From an uncultured Chloroflexia bacterium (lineage in GTDB: Bacteria > Chloroflexota > Dehalococcoidia > UBA2979), in the NCBI GenBank assembly GCA_963728205.1, contig CAVSIV010000006.1:1760001-1824000 (forward strand): 64,000 bases of DNA, written 5' to 3'. The notes under the pieces are model-generated. The model did not search any database, was not told the DNA's origin, and saw only the letters and a list, made by a program, of their open reading frames with translations. Below, one piece after another: positions 10,898 through 22,501 of the stretch. The stretch's first letter is position 1. The number at the start of each line of letters is the position of its first letter. The translations under genes were made by a program, and so were the position numbers.

Positions 10898-12097
10898 CTA
10901 GGCGACGGACGCGGCGGGCACGTGCACCAACGGGACCGACACCTCGTCGTCGCTCAGCGAGCCGTGCAGGCCGATGAGCGCGAGGAGCTCCGGGCGCGCG
11001 CGCCGCGAGTCGACGACCGCGTGCCGGCCCTGCATCGCGACCACGACGTCGCCGATCCGGGCCAGGTTGCCGGGAAGCACCGGACCGAACCACCCGGCGG
11101 CGACGGCTTCCGAGCGGGAGCGCACCAGCGCCGTGTCGCCGAGCACCTCGCGCCACGTGGCGAGGACGTCGGTCAGCGCACCCTGCTCGACGTAGAGCTG
11201 GGGCGCCCTCGCCTCCGCGGTCACGTGCCGGACCCCGGCCGCGAGCCGCGGGTCCTGGGCGACGTCGAGGCGCACGGCGTGCGGCACGTCGACCATGCCG
11301 TGGTCCGCCGTCACGCTGAGGGCACAGTCCGCTGGCAGTGCGGCCGCCAGACGGGCCAGCTCGCGGTCCACGGACTCCAGCTCCTCCCCCCACTGCCAGG
11401 AGTCACAGCCGTGGACGTGGCCCACCTTGTCCAGGTCGCCCCAGTACAGGTGCACGAGGGAACGAGGAGCCGCGCGGACCGCGCGGACCGTCGCGTCGAC
11501 CCGGTCGGCCAGCGTTGAGGCGGCCAGGAACCGTCCACCCCGCAGGGCGGCGTTGGTCAGCCCGGACCCGTCGAAGTAGCCGGGGCCGACCCGGGTGACC
11601 TCCACCCCGGCACGGGCCACGACCTCGAAGACGGTGTCGTGGGGCTGCCAGGTCCGCGGGTCCGGCCCGTCCTCCCAGGAGAGCTCGTTGAGCAGCCGGT
11701 CCGCGCCGGGCACGAGCACCTCGTAGCCGAGCAGGCCGTGCGCGCCGGCGGCCAGACCCGTGCCGAAGGTGCCCATGGACGTCGCCGTCGTCGACGGGAA
11801 CCCGCTGGAGAGCCGCACGGTCGTCCCGAGGTGCCGGCGCAGCCACGGAGCGTGGCCGGCGCGGCGCACGAGGAGGTCGTGGCCCAGTCCGTCGACGAGC
11901 ACCACCACCGCCCGCCGGGTCGGAGGCAGGTCGAACCCGTGGTGTGCGTGTGCTCGTCCCTGCTCCGACGACTCCGGGGGGAGCCAGGGCACGCCGAGGC
12001 TCACGGCGACGCTGGGCAGGACGTCGGCGAGGGCGGGCCCGGCCCCGACCGGCGGCCGGGCGGAGGGGTCGCCCGTGGAGGGCATCGGGTGGCTCAA
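10898..12097 (-). CDS. Alkaline phosphatase / nucleotide pyrophosphatase family protein
   Basis: VLVDGLG, FPSTTAT, DKVGHVHG, TADHGM, GLHGSL. Confidence 0.88.
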   Translation of the reverse strand: MSHPMPSTGDPSARPPVGAGPALADVLPSVAVSLGVPWLPPESSEQGRAHAHHGFDLPPTRRAVVVLVDGLGHDLLVRRAGHAPWLRRHLGTTVRLSSGFPSTTATSMGTFGTGLAAGAHGLLGYEVLVPGADRLLNELSWEDGPDPRTWQPHDTVFEVVARAGVEVTRVGPGYFDGSGLTNAALRGGRFLAASTLADRVDATVRAVRAAPRSLVHLYWGDLDKVGHVHGCDSWQWGEELESVDRELARLAAALPADCALSVTADHGMVDVPHAVRLDVAQDPRLAAGVRHVTAEARAPQLYVEQGALTDVLATWREVLGDTALVRSRSEAVAAGWFGPVLPGNLARIGDVVVAMQGRHAVVDSRRARPELLALIGLHGSLSDDEVSVPLVHVPAASVA

Positions 12098-12705
12098 CCC
12101 TGCCCGATGGCAGCGGAGAGGTCCCTCGCGAACGTGAGCGCGTGGGAGAGCGCGTCTGAGCCGTCGGCCGTGGCCGAGATGCGCAGCGCGATGTCGTCAC
12201 CGGTGATCGTGCCCTCGTAGCCGTGGTCACCCTCGCACTCCGGGTCCGAGCAGGACGCCGGCACGAGGTCGAGTCGCGCGACCGTCCCCCACCCGAGGGT
12301 GAGCGTGATCTCGCGTCCGAGGCTGCCGGGGACGTAGTCCTGGGGGTTCTCGACGACGTGGGTGAGCATGACCCCCCGCACGGCCGAGAGCGGGATCGAC
12401 TCGGTCGTGGCCGTCGCGACGTCCTGTGGCGCGGGCGGGTCGTCGGCGTGGTCGTCGGCGTGGCCGATGAGCAGCCTGCTCCGGGTGAGCACGAGCACGG
12501 TGATGTGCCGGCGCACCACGTCACGGTCGAACGTCGTCTCCAGGTGCACGAGGTGGTTCTCGATCGGCTCCCCGACGAGGGCGGCGGCGACGACGTCGGC
12601 CACCAACGCCGGGTAGTAGCCGGCCCGGTCGATCGCGGACATCAGGCCAGCGGGGAGGACGGGGGCGCTGCTGTGCGCCCCGCTGCTCGGAGATCCAGTG
12701 GTCAT
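12094..12705 (-). CDS. DUF5998 family protein
   Basis: AGYYP...HLETTFD...RRHITVLVLT...LTLGWG...CSDPECEGDHGYEG; usual neighbour of the phosphatase and GNAT/CoA ligase. Confidence 0.8.
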   Translation of the reverse strand: MTTGSPSSGAHSSAPVLPAGLMSAIDRAGYYPALVADVVAAALVGEPIENHLVHLETTFDRDVVRRHITVLVLTRSRLLIGHADDHADDPPAPQDVATATTESIPLSAVRGVMLTHVVENPQDYVPGSLGREITLTLGWGTVARLDLVPASCSDPECEGDHGYEGTITGDDIALRISATADGSDALSHALTFARDLSAAIGQG

Positions 12706-12750
12706 GCGCCCATTGTGCCCGCCCTCGCGGACGGCACGACCCGGCCCGGC

Positions 12751-15465
12751 TCAGGTCAGGGAGCGCCGACCGGGATCCGTCCGTCTCGGGGCCGGGGCGA
12801 CGACGATCTCGGCGTCGAGCACGTCGACTCCGCCCGCCCACGCGTTGACGGGGTTGAGGTGGACGCGCTCCACCTCGGGCAGGTGGTCGGCGAGGGAGGA
12901 GAGGCGGGCGACGAGGTCGGCGAGGGCCGCGCGGTGCACCGGGACGGCCCCCCGGTGGCCGTTCAGCAGCGGGGCCGCCCGCACCGACGAGATGAGGTCG
13001 GCGACGTCGACGTCGGTGAGCGGCGGGATGCGATGGGCGATGTCACCGAGCAGGTCGGTGGGCGGCCCGGCCAGCGAGAAGCTGACGACCGGGCCGAAGA
13101 GCGGGTCCTCCTGGGTGGTGAGGACGCAGATGACGCCGGGCAGGGCCATCGCCTGCACGAGGAGGTCGCCGCTGGCGAGGGCCCCGAGCCGCAGGCGCAG
13201 CGACTCGACGGCGGCCCGCACGGCCTCGGGCCCCTCGAGGTCGACCGCACCCCGGTCGCGTTGGGCTGGTGACGCAGCACCGGCGAGAGGGTCTTGACGA
13301 TGACGGGATAGCCGAGCTCGTCGGCGGCGGCGACCGCCTCGTCGGCCGTCGTGGCCCGTCTCGATGCCCAGAGCTTGATGCCGTACGCGTCGAGCAGCGC
13401 GGTGGCCTCCTCGCGGGTCAGCGCCCGCCCGTCAGGGGCCTCGGCGAGGACCTCGGCGACGACCCGCTGCGCGCGGTCGGGGTCGGTGCCGGCCGGCTCG
13501 ACGACATGCCCGCGGTCGCGGCTGCGCCACTGGGCGTACCGGGTGGCCGCCGCGAGGGCGCGGATGGCGTCCTCGGGCATGCCGTAGGCCGGGACGACCC
13601 TGCGGCGGTTGGTGTCGGCGCCGGCCCGGCCGTCACCTCGGTCGCCGTCCGGTCCGCTTGCCGGCGCGTCGTGGGGCGCGCTGTGCGTCGCCTCGAGCTT
13701 CTCGCTCACCCCGCTCATGCCGAGGAAGGTGGCCAGACAGGGCTTGTCGGACCCGGCGGCGGCGTCACGCACGGCGGCGATGACCTCGTCGTCGACGGTC
13801 TCGAGCGGCGGGATGAAGCAGGTGAGGACGCTGTCGACCTCGGGGTCGGCGAAGGCCGCACCGAGCGCGGCGGCGAACTCCTCCGCGCGGGCCGCGGCCG
13901 GGAGCGACACCGGGCCGTGGGTGACCTCGAGTCCCCAGCTGAGGGCCGACTGGGCCGAGAGCGAGCCGAGGGCGTCCGAGTTGCCGACGATGCCGACCCG
14001 CTGGCCCCGAGGCAGCGGCTGGTGCAGGAGGAGCTGGGCGACGTCGAAGAGCTGGTGGACGTTCTCGGTGCGGATGACTCCCGCCTGCCGGAGCATGGCG
14101 TCGAAGGCCTCGGGCGGCACCTTGGTGGCCCGGGTGCGGTGGCCCGGCGGGGCGCTGAAGGCCGAGACGCCCGACGAGACGACGATGACCGGCTTGGCCA
14201 GGGCCAGCTTGCGGGCGATGCGGGAGAACTTGCGCGGGTTGCCCATCGACTCGAGGTAGAGGCCGACCACGTCGGTGTCGGCGTCGTCGATCCAGTACTG
14301 CATGAGGTCGTTGCCCGAGACGTCGACGCGGTTGCCGGCCGAGGCGAAGACCGAGACACCGAGGCCGCGGCGGGCGGCGGACCCGAGGACGGCGATCCCG
14401 AGGGCGCCGCACTGGGCGAACAGCCCGAACGTGCCGCGACGAGGGACCTCGGTCGCGAGTGACGCGTTGAGGCGCACGTCGGGGTGGGTGTTGATGACGC
14501 CGAAGGAGTTCGGCCCGACGACCCGCAGCCCGCTGGCACGGGCACGGCGCCGCAGCGCCTCCTGCCGGACCACCCCCTCCTCGCCGCTCTCGGCGAAGCC
14601 TGCGGCCGCCACGAGGAGGGTGCGCACGCCCTTGCGGGCGCAGTCGTCGACGACGTCGAGGACCTTGTCGGCCGGGACGACGACCACGGCGAGGTCGACC
14701 GGGCCCGGCACGTCGGCGACCGTGGGGTAGGCCTTGACAGCGAGGACTCGTCGCCTCGGGTGGACGGCGTAGACGGGCCGGTGAAGCCGCCGTCGACGAT
14801 TCGGCGAGGAAGCGGTGGCCGAACGCGGCCTACGTCGGCTGGCGCCGATGACGGCGATCGAGCGGGGGAGGAGAGGGAGTGCACGCTCAGGGACTCGGCC
14901 CGGTGCTCGCGGGAATCGCACGAGGGTGAGCTGGTCGGTGGGGCGGATGTCGAAGGAGAGCTCGATGACCCCGTCCTCGACGTGCGTCACGTCGTAGCCC
15001 GCGTCCGAGAAGACGGCGAGCATCTTGCGGTTCTGCGGGAGCACCTCGGCGATGAACCGGGCGATGCCGAACTCCTGGGCGATGGCGGCCAGGTGCTCCA
15101 GGAGGACCGAGCCGATGCCCTTGCCCTGGTAGTGGTCACTGATGTTGAACGCGACCTCGGCGGAGCGAGCGTCGATGCGGTCGAAGCGCCCGATCCCGAT
15201 GAGCTCCTCCCGCATCGTGACCACGAGGGCGACCCGGTCGACGTGGTCGACGTTCGTGAAGCGGAAGACGTCGGAGTCGCTGAGCATCCGCAGGGGCGCG
15301 AAGAAGCGGAGGTAGATCGACTCGTCGGACTGCGCCGCGTGAAAACGTCGGAGGGCCTCGTCGTCGTCGGGGCGGATCGGGCGCAGGTGGGCCACGTGCC
15401 GTCGCGCAGCACGACGTCAGCCTCCCACTCGGCGGGGTAGCCTCGGCGGGCGCCGCGTCGTCCAT
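12751..15465 (-). CDS. Bifunctional GNAT acetyltransferase / acyl-CoA synthetase (CoA-binding, ATP-grasp); several frameshifts
   Basis: YPAEWEADVVLRDG, YLRFF, YQGKGIGSVLLEHL, VVGPNSFG, SAGNRVDVSGND, EDPLFGPVVSF. Confidence 0.88.
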
Positions 15466-15517
15466 GGACCCATCGTGCCACCCCGGGCACCGGCCGTCGT
15501 GGGGCAGACTGCGGCCC

Positions 15518-16157
15518 ATGGAGTTCCGCGAGGTGGTCCGACGTCGACGCATGGTCCGCCGATTCGACCCGGACCCCCGGTCGAGCCCGCGGTCCTCCGG
15601 GACCTGGTCTCGCTCGCCGTCCGCGCTCCCAGCGCCGGGTTCAGCCAGGGCTGGGACTTCGTCGCTGCTCGGAGGACCCCGCCGGACCGTGCCGCCTTCT
15701 GGGGCGCCACCCGCGGACCGGGGCGGCCTGGGCTCCGGACGACTGGTGGACCGGCGTGTCGGCGGCCCCGGTGCTGCATCGTGTGCCTGTCCGACCCCGG
15801 GGCCTACCTCGACCGCTACGCCGAGCCGGACAAGGGGTGGCAGGACCGCAGCGTCGAGCGCTGGCCCGTGCCGTACTGGGACACGGACACCGCCATGGCG
15901 GCCATGATCATGCTCCTCGGCGCGCAGGACCAGGGTCTGGGGGCACTGTTCTTCGGCGTGCCGGCCGAGCGCCACGACGACGTCCGGAGGCCCTCGGCAT
16001 CCCGGCGGGCGCCGGATCGTCGGCGTCGTGGCGCTCGGCCACGAGGCCGAACGCGTGTCCGGCTCCGCCCGGACCCGGCGCCGCCGCGGCGCTCGACGAC
16101 GTGCTGCACGTCGGGAGGTTCGGCGCGTCGGATCGGCGCACCGCGGCCGGTGCATGA
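15518..16157 (+). CDS. Nitroreductase family protein (frameshifted)
   Basis: MEFREVVRRRRMVRRF, RAPSAGFSQGW, YLDRYAEPDK, WPVPYWDTD, GLGALFFG. Confidence 0.85.
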
Positions 16158-16223
16158 GGATGGGAGCAACCCCTGCCGCCGCACCGCGGCGCTGAGACCG
16201 ATCCGGAGCCGAGCCCCACCCCC

Positions 16224-18671
16224 ATGGCCAAGCGCACGAGCACCCCGCCACCCGAGGACACCGACGAGCGCATCGTCGACATCGACGTCGAGGAGGAGAT
16301 GCGCAGCGCCTTCCTCGAGTACTCCTACAGCGTCATCTACTCCCGCGCACTGCCCGACGCCCGGGACGGCCTGAAGCCGGTACAGCGACGGATCCTCTAC
16401 GGCATGAGCGAGCTCGGGCTACGGCCCGACCGGCCCCACGTCAAGTCCAGCCGCGTCGTGGGCGAGGTCATGGGCAAGTACCACCCGCACGGCGACCAGG
16501 CGATCTACGACACCCTCGTGCGGATGGCCCAGTCGTTCACGATGCGGCTCCCGCTCGTGGACGGCCACGGCAACTTCGGCTCCCTGGACGACGGCCCCGC
16601 GGCCTCGCGCTACACCGAGGCCCGGATGGCGCCCGCCGCGCTGCTCATGGTCGCCGGGCTCGACGAGGACACCGTCGACTTCGTCCCCAACTACGACGAC
16701 TCCCTCACCCAACCCGGTGTGCTGCCGGCGGCCTATCCCCAACCTCCTGGTCAACGGCGCGAGCGGGATCGCCGTGGGGATGGCCACGAACATGGCGCCG
16801 CACAACCTCGTCGAGGTGATCGGCGCCGCGCGCCACCTCATCGACCACCCGGACTGCTCGCTGGACGACCTCATGCGCTTCGTGCCCGGGGCCGGACCTG
16901 CCCGGCGGCGGCCGGATCGTCGGGCTCGACGGCGTCCGGGACGCCTACCTCACCGGTCGCGGCACGTTCCGGACGCGGGCGAGCGCACGGGTCGAGAAGC
17001 TCACCCCGCGCCGGATGGGCATCGTCATCACCGAGATGCCCTACCTCATCGGCCCCGAGAAGGTCATCGAGCGCGTGAAGACCCTCGTCCAGGGCAAGAA
17101 GCTGCAGGGCATCAGCGACGTCAAGGACCTCACCGACCGCAAGCACGGCATGCGGCTGGTGTTCGAGATCAAGAACGGCTTCAACCCCGACGCCGTCCTC
17201 GAGCAGCTCTACAAGCTGACCCCCCTCGAGGACTCGTTCGGCATCAACAACGTCGCCCTCGTCGACGGCCAGCCACGCACCCTGGGCCTGAAGGAGCTGC
17301 TGCGCACCTACGTCGACTTCCGCATCGACGTCGTCCGCCGCCGCACGGAGTTCCGCCTGGCCAGGCGGCGCGACCGGCTGCACCTCGTCGAGGGCCTCCT
17401 CATCGCGATCCTCGACATCGACGAGGTCATCCAGCTGATCCGGTCCTCCGACGACACGGCCGAGGCCAGGGCACGCCTCATCTCGGTGTTCGACCTGTCC
17501 ACGCTCCAGGCCGACTACATCCTCGAGCTGCAGCTGCGCCGCCTCACCAGGTTCTCCCGCATCGAGCTCGAGTCCGAGCGCGAGGAGCTCCAGCGCCAGA
17601 TCGAGCAGCTGCGAGGCCATCCTCGGCGACGAGCGGCTCCTGCGCCGCACCGTGTCCGACGAGCTCGCCGACGTCGCGAAGGCCCACGGGACCCCGCGCC
17701 GCACGGTCCTGCTGGAGTCGGCCGGCGCGGCGGCCACCTCGGCCACGCCCCTGGAGGTGAGTGACGACCCGTGCTGGGTGCTGCTCTCCTCGACCGGCCT
17801 GCTGGCCCGCACGTCCAGTGGCGACCCCGTGCCGAGCGAGGGCGAACCGCGCTCGCCACGACGCCATCGTCGGTGCCGTGCGCACCACGGCGCGAGGCGA
17901 GTTCGGGCTGCTGACCTCTCGCGGTCGGATGATCCGGATGTCGGCCCTCGAGCTCCCGGCGCTTCCGCCGCTGGGAGGCGCGCCCAGCCTGTCCGGCGGG
18001 GCGCCCCTGGCCGTCTACGTCGACCTCCCGGCCGGTGAGGAGCCCGTGACGATCGCCCCGCTCGATCCCGACGGGGCGGGCCTCGCCCTGGGCACCGCGC
18101 ACGGTGTCGTCAAGCGGGTCGTCCCCGACCACCCCGCGCGCTCGGACTGGGAGGTCGTCGTCGCTCAAGGACGGCGACCGCGTCGTCGGCGCCGCGAGCC
18201 TGCGCGACGGCTCGGAAGACCTCGTGTTCGTGACCTCGGACGCCCAGCTGCTCCGGTTCCCGGCCTCCGCCGTGCGGCCGCAGGGTCGCGCGGCCGGCGG
18301 CATGGCCGGCATCCGGCTCTCCCCCGGCGCCACCGCCATGTTCTTCGGCGCCCTCGAACCCGGCGACGACGCCCTGGTGGTCACCTCCAGCGGGTCCTCC
18401 GCCGCGCTGCCCGGGACCGAGCCGGGCTCGCTCAAGGTCACGCCGTTCGCCGACTACCCCGCCAAGGGCCGTGGCACCGGCGGGGTTCGCGCCCACCGAT
18501 TCCTGCGGGGCGAGGACGCCCTCGTGCTGGCCTGGGTCGGGCGGGCACCGGTGCGCGCCTCCGGCCCCGGTGGGGTCGCGGTGGAGCTTCCCGGAGGCGA
18601 CCGGCAAGCGCGACGGCTCGGGAACGGCGTACCCGGTGGTCATCACCGGCCTGTCCTCGCCCGTGTCCTGA
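16224..18671 (+). CDS. parC: DNA topoisomerase IV subunit A (GyrA/ParC family); about 6 frameshifts
   Basis: [25 protein letters not shown], catalytic [29 protein letters not shown]-terminal pinwheel repeats; not linked to a gyrB. Confidence 0.88.
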
Positions 18672-18747
18672 GGACGCCCGACAGCGCTGGAGCCAGGCGT
18701 GTTACTCAATCGTTACGGCCAACCTTCGCCATGTCGTTGCGCCGATG

Positions 18748-18763
18748 CGTAAACGCTTTTACG
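18748..18763. promoter_or_regulatory. Putative LacI-family operator CGTAAA-CGCT-TTTACG
   Basis: Inverted repeat with an AAACG core, 70 bp upstream of the sugar-binding protein start; a LacI gene lies in the same cluster. Confidence 0.6.
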
Positions 18764-18833
18764 TTTGGACACGGTTCCCTCATCGCCGAGGCCACATCCC
18801 GTCTCGGCGCGACCAGTGAAATGGAGGCGGGCA

Positions 18834-20216
18834 ATGGCCCTCAACTCAAGGCGCCGCTACGCGGCGTTGACCGGAGTCGTCGCGGTGGCCCTCACCGTCG
18901 GCGCCTGCGGCAGCAGCGACGACGACAGCGGCGGCGACAGCGGCGGCGACACAGCCGCATCAAGCACCATCGACTGCACGCCCTACGAGCAGTTCGGCGA
19001 CCTCTCGGGCACCGAGGTGAGCACGTACTCGAGCGTGGTCGCCCCCGAGGCCGACGCCTACGAAGCAGCGTGGAAGCCGTTCGAGGACTGCACGGGCGTG
19101 GACGTGAAGGGCGAGTGGTCCAAGGAGTTCGAAGCCCAGATCGTCGTGCGCGTCCAGTCCGGCAACCCGCCGGACATCGCGCTGTTCCCCCAGCCCGGCC
19201 TGCTCCAGACGGTCGTCAACGACACCGGCGCGGTGCTCCCGGTCTTCCCGGAGACCGAGGCCGTCGTCGACGAGAACTTCTCCGAGGACTGGAAGGCCTA
19301 CGGCACGGTCGACGGGACCTACTACGGGTTCCCGAACTCCTCGAACTCCAAGTCGTTCGTCTGGTACTCCCCCGGCGCCTTCGCCGACGCGGGCTACGAG
19401 ATCCCGACGACGTGGGAGGAGATGATCGCGCTCTCCGACCAGATCGTCGCGGACAACCCCGACGGCAGCGTCAAGCCGTGGTGCGCCGGCATCTCCTCCG
19501 GTGACGCGACCGGCTGGCCGGTCACGGACTGGATCGAGGACCAGATGCTCCGCGACCAGGGCGCGGACTACTACGACCAGTGGGTCAACCACGACGTCCC
19601 CTTCAACGCCGCTGAGTCCAAGGAGGTCTGGGACAAGGTCGGCACCGTCCTGCGCAACGAGGACTACGTGAACGGTGGCTTCGGCAACGTCCAGACCATC
19701 GCATCGACGACCTTCCAGGACGGCGGCCTGCCGATCCTCGACGGGTCCTGCTACATGTACAAGATGGCCTCGTTCTACGCGGCCAACTGGCCCGAGGGCA
19801 CCGACGTCTCCGAGAACGGTGAGGTCTTCGCCTTCTACTACCCGACGAACGAGGGCTCGACCGAGAAGCCGGTCCTCGTCGGCAGCGAGTTCATCGCCGC
19901 GTTCGACGAGCGCCCGGAGGTCAAGGCGTTCACGACGTTCATGGCCTCGGCCGACTACGCGAACGAGCGGGCCAAGCAGGGCTACGGGTTCGTCAGCGCG
20001 AACCTCAACCTCGACGTCAACAACGTCGACTCGCCGATCAGCAAGCTGGCGGCCGAGCAGTTCCAGGACCCGGGAGCGCTCATCCGCTTCGATGGTGCCG
20101 ACCTCATGCCCGGCGCCGTCGGTTCGGGTTCGTTCTGGAAAGAGGCGACCGCGTGGATCGCCGAGGGCAAGGACACCCAGGCGGTCCTCGACTCGGTCGA
20201 GCAGTCCTGGCCGTGA
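18834..20216 (+). CDS. Carbohydrate ABC transporter substrate-binding lipoprotein (AglE/alpha-glucoside-like)
   Basis: Lipobox LTVGAC; GNPPDIALFPQPGL; KSFVWY; PWCAGISSGDATGWP; RFDGADLMPGAVG. Confidence 0.88.
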   Translation: MALNSRRRYAALTGVVAVALTVGACGSSDDDSGGDSGGDTAASSTIDCTPYEQFGDLSGTEVSTYSSVVAPEADAYEAAWKPFEDCTGVDVKGEWSKEFEAQIVVRVQSGNPPDIALFPQPGLLQTVVNDTGAVLPVFPETEAVVDENFSEDWKAYGTVDGTYYGFPNSSNSKSFVWYSPGAFADAGYEIPTTWEEMIALSDQIVADNPDGSVKPWCAGISSGDATGWPVTDWIEDQMLRDQGADYYDQWVNHDVPFNAAESKEVWDKVGTVLRNEDYVNGGFGNVQTIASTTFQDGGLPILDGSCYMYKMASFYAANWPEGTDVSENGEVFAFYYPTNEGSTEKPVLVGSEFIAAFDERPEVKAFTTFMASADYANERAKQGYGFVSANLNLDVNNVDSPISKLAAEQFQDPGALIRFDGADLMPGAVGSGSFWKEATAWIAEGKDTQAVLDSVEQSWP

Positions 20217-20224
20217 TCCGGCCG

Positions 20225-20240
20225 CGTGACGCACGTCACA
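20225..20240. promoter_or_regulatory. CRP/GlxR-like site CGTGA-N6-TCACA
   Basis: CGTGA CGCACG TCACA, one mismatch to TGTGA-N6-TCACA, in the intergenic region before the permeases. Confidence 0.4.
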
Positions 20241-20258
20241 CGATGAAGTAACGTCGTT

Positions 20259-20289
20259 GCTGGGACCCTCGCTCCGCGAGGGTCCCAGC
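20259..20289 (+). terminator. Intercistronic stem-loop (perfect 14-bp stem)
   Basis: GCTGGGACCCTCGC-TCC-GCGAGGGTCCCAGC directly after the binding-protein gene. Confidence 0.7.
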
Positions 20290-20320
20290 GGCGAGTCCTA
20301 CTCGGCACTACTTCACAGAG

Positions 20321-21514
20321 GTGAGTCCCCTGTCTGACATCAAGACCCCAGACAAGGCTGACGCGTCGCGAAAAGACGCCGCAGCCAACCCGCGCAAAGC
20401 CCCGATCAGCATCAGCGCCATGGCTGTGGGCATCTTCATGATCCTCGTGTTCGTCGGGGTCGTGGGGCTCATCGCAGCGAGCTTCTTCAACGCCGTCCCG
20501 GAGATCACCTGGCCCTCCTTCCTCGTCGACGCCAACAACGCCGCCGAGAAGCTCGGCCTCATGGTGTTCGTCGTCGCGCTGTTCGTCGCCGTGATGGCGC
20601 TCCTGCTGTTCATGGTGGACAGCCGCAAGCGGGTCCCCAACTGGACCGTGGCGATGGCCTTCGTCGGGCCGGCGCTCGCCGCCCTGCTGCTGGGCCTCAT
20701 CTGGCCGGGCACCAGCACGCTCATCCAGTCGTTCTTCGGGCGCTCCCCGTGGTACGACACCGAACGCAGCGAGTTCGTCGGGTTCGACAACTTCGCGACG
20801 CTGTTCACCACCTCCGAGTTCCAGGTCGTCCTGCGGAACACGATGATCTGGGTCATCCTCGTCCCGATCGTCGCGGTCGCGCTCGGGCTCATCTACGCCG
20901 TCCTCATCGACCGGACGCGCGGCGAGGCACTCTCCAAGGGCCTGATCTTCCTCCCGATGGCGATCTCCCTCGTGGGCGCGTCGATCATCTGGAAGTTCGT
21001 CTACGAGTACCGCTCCCCCGCCCGGCCGCAGATCGGGTTGGCCAACCAGATCCTCGTGTGGATCGGGCTGGAGCCGTATCAGTTCCTCATCAACCTGCCA
21101 TGGAACACGATCTTCCTCATCGTCGTCATGGTCTGGATCCAGACCGGTTTCGCGATGACGATACTCTCAGCCGCCATCAAGGCGATCCCCGACGACATCG
21201 TCGAGGCAGCCCGCCTCGACGGTGTGTCCGGCGCCCGGATGTTCCGCTACGTCACCATCCCGAGCATCCGTCCCGCGTTGCTCGTGGTCTGGGTGACGAT
21301 CACGATGACGACCCTCAAGGTCTTCGACATCGTCCGGACGATGACCGGCGGCAACTTCCAGACCAGCGTGGTGGCGAACGAGTTCTACACGCAGAGTTTC
21401 CGGCAGTTCAACTTCGGCCTCGGCGCCGCGCTGGCCGTGCTGCTCTTCGTGATCGTCATCCCGGTGGTCGTCTACCAGGTGCGACAGCTTCGACTCTCGG
21501 AGGACATTCGATGA
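20321..21514 (+). CDS. Sugar ABC transporter permease
   Basis: Multiple TM segments; EAA loop EAARLDG; LKVFDIV. Confidence 0.9.
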   Translation: MSPLSDIKTPDKADASRKDAAANPRKAPISISAMAVGIFMILVFVGVVGLIAASFFNAVPEITWPSFLVDANNAAEKLGLMVFVVALFVAVMALLLFMVDSRKRVPNWTVAMAFVGPALAALLLGLIWPGTSTLIQSFFGRSPWYDTERSEFVGFDNFATLFTTSEFQVVLRNTMIWVILVPIVAVALGLIYAVLIDRTRGEALSKGLIFLPMAISLVGASIIWKFVYEYRSPARPQIGLANQILVWIGLEPYQFLINLPWNTIFLIVVMVWIQTGFAMTILSAAIKAIPDDIVEAARLDGVSGARMFRYVTIPSIRPALLVVWVTITMTTLKVFDIVRTMTGGNFQTSVVANEFYTQSFRQFNFGLGAALAVLLFVIVIPVVVYQVRQLRLSEDIR

Positions 21515-22452
21515 CAACCTCGAACCCGGGTATGCCCGTCACCACCACGGAGAAGAAGCCGCCGGCCGGCCCACGCAAGCTGACCAAGGCCGAGATACGG
21601 GCGACGGAGACCAAGACCAAGCTCACCTCGCCCTGGGCCACGGGCATCGCGATCGTCATGGCGATCCTGTGGACGATCCCGACCCTGGGGCTGGCGATCA
21701 CCTCGATCCGCCCGCAGGCATCCATCCAGAGCAGCGGGTGGTGGACCTGGTTCACCAACCCCGAGTTCACCCTGGCCAACTACGACCAGGTGCTCACCGG
21801 GAGCAGCACCGCGTTCGCGACGTACTTCGTCAACACGCTCGTCATCACGGTCCCGGCCGTGGTCATCCCGATCACGATCGCGCTGCTGGCCGCGTACGGC
21901 TTCGCCTGGATCGAGTTCAGGGGTCGCGACCTGCTGTTCGTCGCCGTCTTCGCGCTCCAGATCGTCCCCCTGCAGGTCACGCTGATCCCGCTGCTGTCGA
22001 TCTACGTCGACATCGGGCTCGCCGGTTCGTTCTGGACGGTGTGGCTCTCGCACTCGATCTTCGCCCTGCCGCTGGCGATCTTCATGTTCCACAACTTCAT
22101 GAAGGACATCCCGCGATCGCTGGTCGAGGCGGCTCGGGTCGACGGTGCCGGTCACGTGCGGATCTTCTTCCGGGTCCTGCTGCCGCTGCTCGTCCCGGCC
22201 GTCGCCGCGTTCACGGTCTTCCAGTTCCTGTGGGTGTGGAACGACCTGCTCGTCGCGCTGACCTTCGCGGGCGGCTCGCCCAACGTCGCGCCGCTCACGG
22301 TCCGGCTGGCCGAGCTGTCCGGTTCACGCGGCCAAGACTGGCACCTGCTCTCGGCAGGCGCCTTCGTGGCACTCGTCGTGCCGGTGGCCATCTTCCTCTT
22401 CGGCCAGCGGTACTTCGTGCGGGGCCTGCTGGCGGGCGGTGTGAAGGGCTGA
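21511..22452 (+). CDS. Sugar ABC transporter permease
   Basis: EAARVDGA, FLWVWNDLL, QRYFVRGLLAG; ATGA overlap with the previous gene. Confidence 0.9.
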   Translation: MTTSNPGMPVTTTEKKPPAGPRKLTKAEIRATETKTKLTSPWATGIAIVMAILWTIPTLGLAITSIRPQASIQSSGWWTWFTNPEFTLANYDQVLTGSSTAFATYFVNTLVITVPAVVIPITIALLAAYGFAWIEFRGRDLLFVAVFALQIVPLQVTLIPLLSIYVDIGLAGSFWTVWLSHSIFALPLAIFMFHNFMKDIPRSLVEAARVDGAGHVRIFFRVLLPLLVPAVAAFTVFQFLWVWNDLLVALTFAGGSPNVAPLTVRLAELSGSRGQDWHLLSAGAFVALVVPVAIFLFGQRYFVRGLLAGGVKG

Positions 22453-22501
22453 CCCGGGCCTCCTCCGGGACGGTCTGCCACCACGAGGAAGGGCGGCTTG
22501 G

